Shown here: piece by piece, positions 19,724 through 27,687 of the stretch
How the letters are laid out: each line of letters begins with the position of its first letter
Numbering within the stretch: the stretch's first letter is position 1
Source of the DNA: Candidatus Zhuqueibacterota bacterium
GTDB lineage: Bacteria > Zhuqueibacterota > Zhuqueibacteria > Thermofontimicrobiales > Thermofontimicrobiaceae
Length of the DNA stretch: 64,000 nt
Reading direction: 5' to 3'
Assembly: GCA_049322915.1 (NCBI GenBank)
Contig: JBMOPW010000020.1
Span: 128,001 to 192,000, forward strand
Position numbers and translations under genes: made by a program
Notes under the pieces: generated by a model
Database searches by the model: none
The model's input: the letters and a program-made list of their open reading frames with translations, nothing else
What the model was told of the DNA's origin: nothing

Positions 19724-21283
19724 GTGAATAGTGTGAAACAGAACCATCGGCTCAGGAAAATCATTTTTTATTTCATTGCAGTGGTCGCTCCGTTCGTTGT
19801 CTGGATTGTCGCAGAAATGGCGGCCAATGCCATCACCCAACGATTCGAGCCGCTCAAAGTTGACAAGAAAAAAGGCACGCTGTACATCAATCAGGAGTAT
19901 TTCACCGATTACTTCCTGTACGATCTGGATCGCTATGTTAATACTTCCATCTCCAATCGGGCGATTCACAAGGACAAGAAATATCGTTTCAGAATTTTCT
20001 GCCTCGGCGGCTCGACAACTGCGGGCTATCCTTACAACACTCTGCCGGAGTATAATTGCCCGGCGTCATTCCCGAATTACCTGCGGGCTATTTTGCAGTA
20101 TACTAAAAACATGCCCGAAATCGAGATGCTCAATTTGGGCAGCAATGCATTCAACAGCCTTTCGGTGCTGAAGGTGTTTGAGGACGTCAAAAAATACGAT
20201 CCTGATTTGATCATCGTTTACAGCGGGCATAACGAGTATTTCGGTCCCAACGAATTTGCTCTGTCCAAATCGGCCAACGAACTCTATACGAAGAAATTTT
20301 TCAATCATACTTTCCTGCGGCTGCGACAGACCTACCTGTATCAGGGATTGAAATGGGTTTTAAAAAAAGTGACAAAGCGGGGCGAAGTTGACTATCAGGA
20401 TTATGCGCATTGGAGCCTGGCCAACACGGTGCCGTTCAATGACGCGTTCCACGAACAGGTGAAAACAAATTTCAGGCGCAACCTGACTGAACTGGTGCGA
20501 CTCGCCCGCAAAGAAGGCATTCAGGTGGTGATCTGCACGCCCGTGTCCAATCTGACATTCCCGCCCTTTGTCAGCCAATTCCGCGAAGAGCCGGTGTATG
20601 GGGTCAAAGCCCGATGGGATTCCCTGCGCAACCAGGCAAGCGACCTGTTCGACGCCCGCGACAATGCCGGCGCGCTGGAAAAATGGAGGGAAATGTACCT
20701 GATCGATTCCACTTACGCGGACGTACATTATTATACCGGCATGAATTACGCGCGACTGAATGAATACCGCATCGCCAATGAGGCATTGACCCGCGCCGTG
20801 GATTTGGATAATCTGCCGTTTCGTGCAAATTTAGATATACAAAATATCACCCGCGACGTGGCGAAAAATGAACAAGTCATCCTGGCGGATGTGGATCAGT
20901 TTTTCCGGCAACTCTCCGGCAAATATTATCCGGAGCCGTCGATGCTGCTGGATCATGTGCATCCCACAGAGCCGGGTTATTATTATGTGGCGCTTTTTCT
21001 GGCTCGCACTCTCGTGACTAATGGCGTCTTCCCCGGCGTGAAGGAAATCGAATTTCCCACGCTGGAAAAGACGCGCGAGGCTTTGGAAATTTATGATTTC
21101 GTGGCGTATAAAGTCGAGTTCGATTTCACCAATCAAAGCTATTTGAAACAGCTCAGCGAACTGAATCCGGCCATCAAAATCGTGATCAATCAGATCCGGC
21201 AAAATGCCATCACCCAGGCCAAAGCAGTCGGCAAGAAGTTCTTTGACGAAATGAATGGAAAAGAAAAAGAGGAAACAAAGTAA
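19724..21283 (+). CDS. Membrane-anchored SGNH/GDSL hydrolase-fold protein with TPR insertion
   Basis: N-terminal TM; RIFCLGGSTTAG (block I), YSGHNEY (block III), DHVHP (block V); TPR at YADVHYYTG. Confidence 0.85.
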   Translation: MNSVKQNHRLRKIIFYFIAVVAPFVVWIVAEMAANAITQRFEPLKVDKKKGTLYINQEYFTDYFLYDLDRYVNTSISNRAIHKDKKYRFRIFCLGGSTTAGYPYNTLPEYNCPASFPNYLRAILQYTKNMPEIEMLNLGSNAFNSLSVLKVFEDVKKYDPDLIIVYSGHNEYFGPNEFALSKSANELYTKKFFNHTFLRLRQTYLYQGLKWVLKKVTKRGEVDYQDYAHWSLANTVPFNDAFHEQVKTNFRRNLTELVRLARKEGIQVVICTPVSNLTFPPFVSQFREEPVYGVKARWDSLRNQASDLFDARDNAGALEKWREMYLIDSTYADVHYYTGMNYARLNEYRIANEALTRAVDLDNLPFRANLDIQNITRDVAKNEQVILADVDQFFRQLSGKYYPEPSMLLDHVHPTEPGYYYVALFLARTLVTNGVFPGVKEIEFPTLEKTREALEIYDFVAYKVEFDFTNQSYLKQLSELNPAIKIVINQIRQNAITQAKAVGKKFFDEMNGKEKEETK

Positions 21284-21285
21284 GC

Positions 21286-24200
21286 ATGCATCCATATATT
21301 ATTTACCTGTTATTTTTTTTTTCAGGGGCGACCGGATTAATTTACCAGCTTGTCTGGGCGCGAAAATTGGCGCTGCTGTTTGGCAATACCACCTACGCGA
21401 CCAGCGCCATTTTGACTGCATTTATGGGCGGTCTCGCCCTGGGCAGCTTTTTGATTGGGCGCTACGCGGATAGAATCAAACGGCCGCTGCGACTTTACGG
21501 GAAATTGGAACTGGGCATTGGCGCAGCGGCGCTGGCCATCCTTTTCCTTCTCATTCCCATTTCCGATGCAGTGTATGTCTGGCTGTTTCATCACATCGGC
21601 AGTAGCCCGCTTGTCATCAATATCTTCCGGTTCATTCTGGCCGTTTTCATCCTCATTATTCCCACAACCCTGATGGGCGGCACACTGCCTGTCATCAGCA
21701 AATATTTCATTCAGAAATCCGAGGAATTCGGCCGGGGCGTGGGACGACTGTACAGCTTCAACACATTCGGGGCGGTGATTGGCGCATTCATCACCGGCTA
21801 TTTTCTGATTGGCGCGTTCGGCGTGCGGACAACGCTGTGGCTGGCCATTGTTTTGAACCTGATCATCGGAGCGGTGGCTCTGTGGCTGGACGGCCGGAAG
21901 CCCCAGCATGTCCCTGAAAAACCGAAGAAATCCGATTCAGCAAAGTCACAACCGGCGCAGCCGACCGGGGACAAACTGAAAATCAGCGCCTACTCCGCGC
22001 CACAAGCCCGACTGATGCTCTGGTTATTTGGCCTAGCCGGCTTTGCTTCACTGGCCTACGAAGTTGTCTGGACGCGGGCATTGATTTTTTTCATCAGTTC
22101 AACGACCTATTCGTTCACTATTATTCTCACCACGTTTCTCGTCGGCATTGCCCTGGGCAGCGCCATCATGGCCAGGCCAACGGATCATTTGAAGCGATTA
22201 TTTTTCTGGTTCGGCGCGTTCGAACTGATCATCGCGATTGCGGCCATTGCCTCCGTGCCTCTGCTCGGGCATCTCAACGCCATTCAAAGCTATCTGGTGC
22301 AGCAGGTACAATCTCAAAACTGGACGCAAATTTCGCTGCTGCTGTTTCTATCCACCTTTCTGATTTTGATCATCCCGACGCTTTTCATGGGCGCTGTATT
22401 TCCCATCGTCAATCGAATTTATGTGGATAATCTGAAAACAGTGGGACAGGGCGTCGGCAAAGTCTATACGGCCAACACCATTGGCGCGATCCTGGGCTCG
22501 TTCATCTCCGGATTCATCCTGCTCCCGGTTTTCGGGATGAACGGCAGTATTCTCGCGCTCGGGCTGATTAATCTGGCCATTGGACTGGTGTCGTTATTCT
22601 CCGAGAGCGCGGGCCGACAGCGAAAACGGGCGACGTTCCTGTATGCCGGAATTCCCGTCCTCGCGTTTGCAGCGATATTGATTATCGGTTTCAGCACGAA
22701 ACCGCTTTTCATCAGCGGCGCCGGTTTCAAAGACACGCGGCTCCTGCATTACAAAGACACGGCTGCGGCGACGGTGAGCGTGCTTGAGAAAAAAGACCAG
22801 GTCAATATTTGGGGCAAAAATGTCCGCTATCTCAATGTCAACGGGCATAACACCGCCCATACCACGTACTCGGACATGATCATTCATAAGCTGCTGGCGC
22901 ATTTGCCGGTGCTGCTCACCCCTGATCCGAGGGAGGTGCTCGTCGTCGGCTTCGGTTTCGGGAACACGTGCAAATCGTTTCTGGAATATGACTTCATCAA
23001 AAAAGTCGACTGCGTCGAATTGGTCGAACACGAGAAAAAAACAGCCGCGTTTTTCGAAGATGAAAATAAGGGCGTTCTGCAGGATGACCGATTCCGCTTC
23101 ATTGTCTCGGACGGACGAAATTATATCCTGGCAGCGGATGCGACCTATGATATCATTTCAATCAATTCCGTGGACCCGAAGTTCAGTCCCACGCTGTATA
23201 CCGAAGAATTTTACCGACTTGTCAGAAAACGGCTGAATGCCAATGGACAGCTCGTCGCGTGGCTTCCGATTTACGGGATGAATCTCGATGAAGTGCGCGC
23301 GCTGGTGAAAAGCTTCATCGACGTATTTCCCGAAGCAGAACTGTGGTACAATAATCCGGAGCACCTGTTGCTGGTTGGCAAAAAAGGCAATTATCCCATC
23401 GACGTGGAATCGCTGAAGCATCGAATGATGAAGCCGCGAATTTGGAAAAGCCTGGAAGAAATTCATCTGAACGACCCGTATACTTTTTTAGCGAATTTCT
23501 TCTGCGGCCGGCAGATGCTGAGTAAATTCGCCGGCGATGTGCAGAGCCACTCCGACAATCACCCGGTTGTCGAATTCAGCCGGATTACATCCAAAGAGAT
23601 GATCCCTGAAGTGTATCGGGAACTGCTGAACTGCCGGGAGACCGTCCTGTTGTACTCCATGAATTTCGATGCGCTGGGTGAAACGGAGACGGTGCGCAAG
23701 CAAATCCTCAATTACGAACGGGAGATGAAAAATCTCATGGCAGCGTTTTTCAACTATCGGCTGTTCGCTGCCCGGCCTGAGGCGCAGGAGACGCTCGTTG
23801 AAATCATCGCGACCATGCAGAAAATCCTCAATGAAGAGCCGGCCAATGACTTTGCGCTGATGCAATACGTCGACCTCCTCAGCCACGGCGACATGGTGGC
23901 GAATCAGCGGTATTTCGATGCGGCCATTGCCATCGCCCCGAATTTCGCCAAGGCCTATGTGCTTTCCGGCCTCGCCCATGCAGCGAAGCAGGAATGGGAC
24001 CTGGCCCTGGCCAGCTACCAGCGCGCGCTCGCAATAAATCCGGCGTATTTTACCGCGAAGAACAATGCCGGTCTGATTTTGATTCAGCAACAGAAATGGG
24101 CTGAAGCGGAACAAATCTATCGCACGCTGCTCCAGGAAAACCCGGACGATAGCTTCGCTCATTCCACCATCGCGCAGGTGTATTACATGCTGGAAAACTA

Positions 24201-24399
24201 CGACGCCGCCATCCTGCACATGAAAATAGCGATTGAAACCCAGCCGGAACAGGCCAATCTCTATTTTAACCTGGGCCGGATGTATCACAAACAGGGACAC
24301 ATTCCGGAAGCGATTCAGGCCATGGAAGAAGGACTGAAGATTTCGCCCTACGATCAGCGCGCCATTCAGTTTCTGGAAGAATTGAAAAGAATGAAATAA
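21286..24399 (+). CDS. Fused multi-TM / spermidine-synthase-like SAM-binding domain / TPR protein
   Basis: About 13 TM helices with duplicated motifs (LIYQLVW..NTFGA and LAYEVVW..NTIGA), VLVVGFGFG, VDCVEL, DGRNYI, C-terminal TPRs. Confidence 0.88.
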   Translation: MHPYIIYLLFFFSGATGLIYQLVWARKLALLFGNTTYATSAILTAFMGGLALGSFLIGRYADRIKRPLRLYGKLELGIGAAALAILFLLIPISDAVYVWLFHHIGSSPLVINIFRFILAVFILIIPTTLMGGTLPVISKYFIQKSEEFGRGVGRLYSFNTFGAVIGAFITGYFLIGAFGVRTTLWLAIVLNLIIGAVALWLDGRKPQHVPEKPKKSDSAKSQPAQPTGDKLKISAYSAPQARLMLWLFGLAGFASLAYEVVWTRALIFFISSTTYSFTIILTTFLVGIALGSAIMARPTDHLKRLFFWFGAFELIIAIAAIASVPLLGHLNAIQSYLVQQVQSQNWTQISLLLFLSTFLILIIPTLFMGAVFPIVNRIYVDNLKTVGQGVGKVYTANTIGAILGSFISGFILLPVFGMNGSILALGLINLAIGLVSLFSESAGRQRKRATFLYAGIPVLAFAAILIIGFSTKPLFISGAGFKDTRLLHYKDTAAATVSVLEKKDQVNIWGKNVRYLNVNGHNTAHTTYSDMIIHKLLAHLPVLLTPDPREVLVVGFGFGNTCKSFLEYDFIKKVDCVELVEHEKKTAAFFEDENKGVLQDDRFRFIVSDGRNYILAADATYDIISINSVDPKFSPTLYTEEFYRLVRKRLNANGQLVAWLPIYGMNLDEVRALVKSFIDVFPEAELWYNNPEHLLLVGKKGNYPIDVESLKHRMMKPRIWKSLEEIHLNDPYTFLANFFCGRQMLSKFAGDVQSHSDNHPVVEFSRITSKEMIPEVYRELLNCRETVLLYSMNFDALGETETVRKQILNYEREMKNLMAAFFNYRLFAARPEAQETLVEIIATMQKILNEEPANDFALMQYVDLLSHGDMVANQRYFDAAIAIAPNFAKAYVLSGLAHAAKQEWDLALASYQRALAINPAYFTAKNNAGLILIQQQKWAEAEQIYRTLLQENPDDSFAHSTIAQVYYMLENYDAAILHMKIAIETQPEQANLYFNLGRMYHKQGHIPEAIQAMEEGLKISPYDQRAIQFLEELKRMK

Positions 24400-24441
24400 A
24401 TTTGAGTCGTTTGTACTTGATAAATGTCATCAATAAATTTG

Positions 24442-24473
24442 CCGGGATGTCACCGTCCCGGGTTTGCTTTTTT
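24442..24473 (+). terminator. Intrinsic terminator
   Basis: CCGGGAT/GTCCCGG stem followed by GTTTGCTTTTTT. Confidence 0.6.
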
Positions 24474-24600
24474 GTTTTGATGAAATCTGCCATCCCCCCA
24501 AAAATGCGCTGCCTTCGAATTTGAACAGCGCTTGAGCAATCAGATTGTTTTAATGTGATTTAATTCACGAACAAAATATGGCATACTCATGATTTGATGA

Positions 24601-25128
24601 ATGAAAAAATATTCCACATATTCCGATGAGAAGCTCACCAGCGCTGTGAAATCAGCAGATGCTGCTGCATTCAAGGAACTCTATTACCGCTATTACAAGC
24701 CGCTCCATTCCTTTATTTGTCTTCGCACGAATTCGACCGAACTGGCGCCGGATTTCATTCAGGAAGTTTTCACACGCCTGTGGCAAAATCGTGACAAGCT
24801 CATTCCTGAAAACTCTGTGAAAGCCTACCTCTACAAAATCGCTAACAATCTGATCATTGATTTTTTCCGTAAAAAAAATACAGAACGAACTTATCTGGCT
24901 GAAAAATCTTCTGCAACAATCCTGCAAACCGATAATTTGCTCGAATCCGTATCTGACATAAATTTCGCCATTCAAAATCTCCCTGAAAATTGCCGCATCG
25001 TTTTTATGCTGAGCCGCTACCAGAACCTCACATATCTTGAAATTGCCAAAGCGTTGAATATATCCATCAAAACCGTGGAAGCCCGAATGAGCCAGGCGCT
25101 GAAGATTTTACGAACTGAATTGCTATAA
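24601..25128 (+). CDS. ECF RNA polymerase sigma-70 factor (FecI-like, Bacteroidetes-type)
   Basis: AFKELY.RY, DFIQEVF..LW, KAYLYKIANN, LPENCR.VF.LSR, EIA..LNISIKTVE; adjacent to FecR. Confidence 0.93.
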   Translation: MKKYSTYSDEKLTSAVKSADAAAFKELYYRYYKPLHSFICLRTNSTELAPDFIQEVFTRLWQNRDKLIPENSVKAYLYKIANNLIIDFFRKKNTERTYLAEKSSATILQTDNLLESVSDINFAIQNLPENCRIVFMLSRYQNLTYLEIAKALNISIKTVEARMSQALKILRTELL

Positions 25129-25189
25129 GCAATCGTTGAATCTTCGAGTCCGGACGGGAAAATTTCTTTCACTTTTCAAAAAATATTTA

Positions 25190-25216
25190 TAGGGTTTTCT
25201 TTGGTTCAATCGTATT
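25190..25216 (+). promoter_or_regulatory. Possible ECF-type promoter upstream of fecR
   Basis: TAGGGT...CGTATT bipartite motif shortly before fecR; the CGT resembles an ECF -10 element. Confidence 0.3.
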
Positions 25217-25252
25217 ATAAGTGAACAAGATATCAAAGGAAAATGAATTATC

Positions 25253-26278
25253 ATGCAGAACGAAAAATTTCACAACCTCTGTATTAAATCCATTGCCGGC
25301 GAAATTTCATCCGCAGAACAAAAGGAATTGGAACACTGGTTGAACGCTTCAGCGGAAAATCGAAGCGGCTACCAGGAAATTCAACAGATATGGCAAAAGG
25401 CTGAAATCATCTCTATTGCCGGGAATTTACAAATCGATGAACAATGGGAGCGACTCAGTCGTGACCTCGGCTTAATGCACGCGGAGAAGCATCGAAAACT
25501 ATCGCCTGCCAGCTCCGGGATTCGGGTAAGAATGAAACGATTTTTTAAGCCCGGGCTCAGGCCAGCTTACGCTATAGTAGGGGTGGCGATAATCGTGTTG
25601 ATCGCGTTGGTTTCAATCCAAAAACAGGAGGTAATTCCTGTGCTGCAGGAAATTGTAACCAATAATGGAGAGACCACTGAATGCATGTTTTCCGATGGTT
25701 CGACCGTGCGCCTCAACAGCGGCAGTTCAATTCAGTTTTCGAGTGTCTTTTCCGACACGGCTCGGCAGGTATTTTTGAAGGGCGAAGGTTTTTTTGCCAT
25801 TGCAAAAGAAAACCGTCCATTTGTTGTGAATACTGAAAGTGCAAAAACTGTGGTGCTTGGCACGGAATTCAATGTGTGGGCGCGGGGGAGCGAAACCAGG
25901 GTTATTGTAAAAAGCGGAATAGTGCGCTTTTTGTCCTTAAAAAATAAAGAGGATGTCGTTTTACTTGAGAATCAAATGAGTTGCCTGGATGAAAAAGCTG
26001 CGCCGACATCGCCCAAAACAGTGGATGCGGATTTTCTGTTAGGCTGGCTGAAAGGCAGATTGGTATTCGAGCGAACTCCCATACTAGAGATTATCGCTGA
26101 ACTTGAACGTCGATACAATATTTCCATCGTGATGGACAATGTGGATGTGAAAAATGAAACGATCACAGCAAGTTTCGATTCGTCGTCTTTGGAGACTATT
26201 TTTGCTTCACTTTGCCTGACGCTGGGTATTCAATATAAAATTGAACAGGCCCGGGTTACGCTTTTCAAAACATTATAG
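25253..26278 (+). CDS. fecR: FecR-family anti-sigma factor
   Basis: ELEHWL..S.EN, a single TM, DGSTVRLNSGS, R.VFLKGEGFF, VLGTEFNV, W.KG.LVF..TP..EI..ELER.Y. Confidence 0.93.
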   Translation: MQNEKFHNLCIKSIAGEISSAEQKELEHWLNASAENRSGYQEIQQIWQKAEIISIAGNLQIDEQWERLSRDLGLMHAEKHRKLSPASSGIRVRMKRFFKPGLRPAYAIVGVAIIVLIALVSIQKQEVIPVLQEIVTNNGETTECMFSDGSTVRLNSGSSIQFSSVFSDTARQVFLKGEGFFAIAKENRPFVVNTESAKTVVLGTEFNVWARGSETRVIVKSGIVRFLSLKNKEDVVLLENQMSCLDEKAAPTSPKTVDADFLLGWLKGRLVFERTPILEIIAELERRYNISIVMDNVDVKNETITASFDSSSLETIFASLCLTLGIQYKIEQARVTLFKTL

Positions 26279-26327
26279 AATAAAATTATAACGATTGGCA
26301 TCTTGCAGAGTTTTTGGAATCTCACTT

Positions 26328-27470
26328 ATGCAAAAAATGATATCACAATTGATAATCGTTTTATTTCTAATACAATTTGGGTCAAAAGTCGTTCTTGGGC
26401 AAGCGGCAGTGGACTCAGCGCGGGTTACGCTGTATTGTTCAAATCTGCCGTTGAGAACGGTGCTGGAAGAAATCTCCAGGCAATCGCGAACACGTTTTGT
26501 TTTCAACGATAGGTTGGTCGAATCCAAAGAGGTCACCTGCAATATTGAAAACGTAACTGTTGAAGTCGCGATTCACCAGGTACTTAAAAATCTGGACATT
26601 GGCTATCGGATGTTTCCGTGCAGGACTGTTGCCCTGTTTACAAAAATACAGATATCCGGAGTGCTTGTGAAAAAAAAGAAAGAGAATGAAATTTGTGCGC
26701 CCATTCAACCGCCGACGCTTCGGGTGAAAATTAAACCGCATTATCCGCTCAGCGCCCAGAAGGAGGGACTTGAGGGGCGAGTAAAGCTCGATCTTCTCGT
26801 TGACAAAAACGGCAAAGTTGCCAAAGCCAAAGTGACGCGGTCAGCCGGGGCCGCGCTTCTTGATTCTACAGCTGTAGAGTATTCGAAACAATTGAAATTT
26901 TATCCGGCAACTCAAAAAGGCCAACCGACCGATGTATGGTTAACCTGGAACGTAAATTATAAATCCCAACAGACCAGTTTGCTGGAATCGAAATACATTG
27001 ACAGAATTCAAACGCTCCACCGGCTTTCCTGCGAGTACAACGATTCAACACGCAGCAGGATTCTCGATGCCATCGTTTCAACACACAAAGTGTTAATAGA
27101 CTATTTTCTCGAGCGCCCCAATCTCAGTTATAATGAAGTTGTTAAAGAAGTCATTCTGGATGAAATTTACCAAAAATGGAAAGCGTACTGGAATGACTGG
27201 CAACTGCATTTTGTTGTATTCCAGGATTTTCTTTTACGCTATCCGGATTCCAAATTTTCCACTCTCGTAATTGAGGAACTTGTGCATCATTTTGAGCAGG
27301 ATTTGTCTATAATAAAAAAGTCTGCGGGAAATGATGAGGCTCAAAAAAGCAAAATCGAACACCTCGAAAACAGATTGATAGATTTCATGAAAGCAAAATA
27401 TCGACAAACTGATAAGGAATTTATTTCAGATCAGGGAGAGAATGTCAAACTCCCTGATCTCGTTAATTAA
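26328..27470 (+). CDS. Exported STN + TonB_C + helical-domain fusion protein
   Basis: Signal peptide; STN (LPLRTVLEEISRQSRTRFVFN...VLKNLDIGY); TonB_C (YPLSAQKEGLEGRV...LLD..A...KFYPA.QKG); C-terminal helices including FLLRYPDSKF. Confidence 0.85.
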   Translation: MQKMISQLIIVLFLIQFGSKVVLGQAAVDSARVTLYCSNLPLRTVLEEISRQSRTRFVFNDRLVESKEVTCNIENVTVEVAIHQVLKNLDIGYRMFPCRTVALFTKIQISGVLVKKKKENEICAPIQPPTLRVKIKPHYPLSAQKEGLEGRVKLDLLVDKNGKVAKAKVTRSAGAALLDSTAVEYSKQLKFYPATQKGQPTDVWLTWNVNYKSQQTSLLESKYIDRIQTLHRLSCEYNDSTRSRILDAIVSTHKVLIDYFLERPNLSYNEVVKEVILDEIYQKWKAYWNDWQLHFVVFQDFLLRYPDSKFSTLVIEELVHHFEQDLSIIKKSAGNDEAQKSKIEHLENRLIDFMKAKYRQTDKEFISDQGENVKLPDLVN

Positions 27471-27560
27471 ATTTTTTCGAATTCATGTGAGTGAAGATGT
27501 GTTATGTCAGCCAGTGGTTTAGTAGAAATATAAATGACAAGCTAAAATTTCAGCACCTAT

Positions 27561-27586
27561 GTGGACGGTCGCGACCGTCCACTACA
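27561..27586. repeat. REP-like palindrome
   Basis: Perfect 22-bp palindrome GTGGACGGTCGCGACCGTCCAC followed by TACA, giving a CTAC end as in GTAG-family REPs. Confidence 0.7.
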
Positions 27587-27687
27587 GATATAACAAAATA
27601 TCGAATATAGTGCACATGTTTTCAACTCGTCATTCTTATTAACAATTCCTATAATTCTATCCTGCGTATAAAATTATCGGAGGTGTA

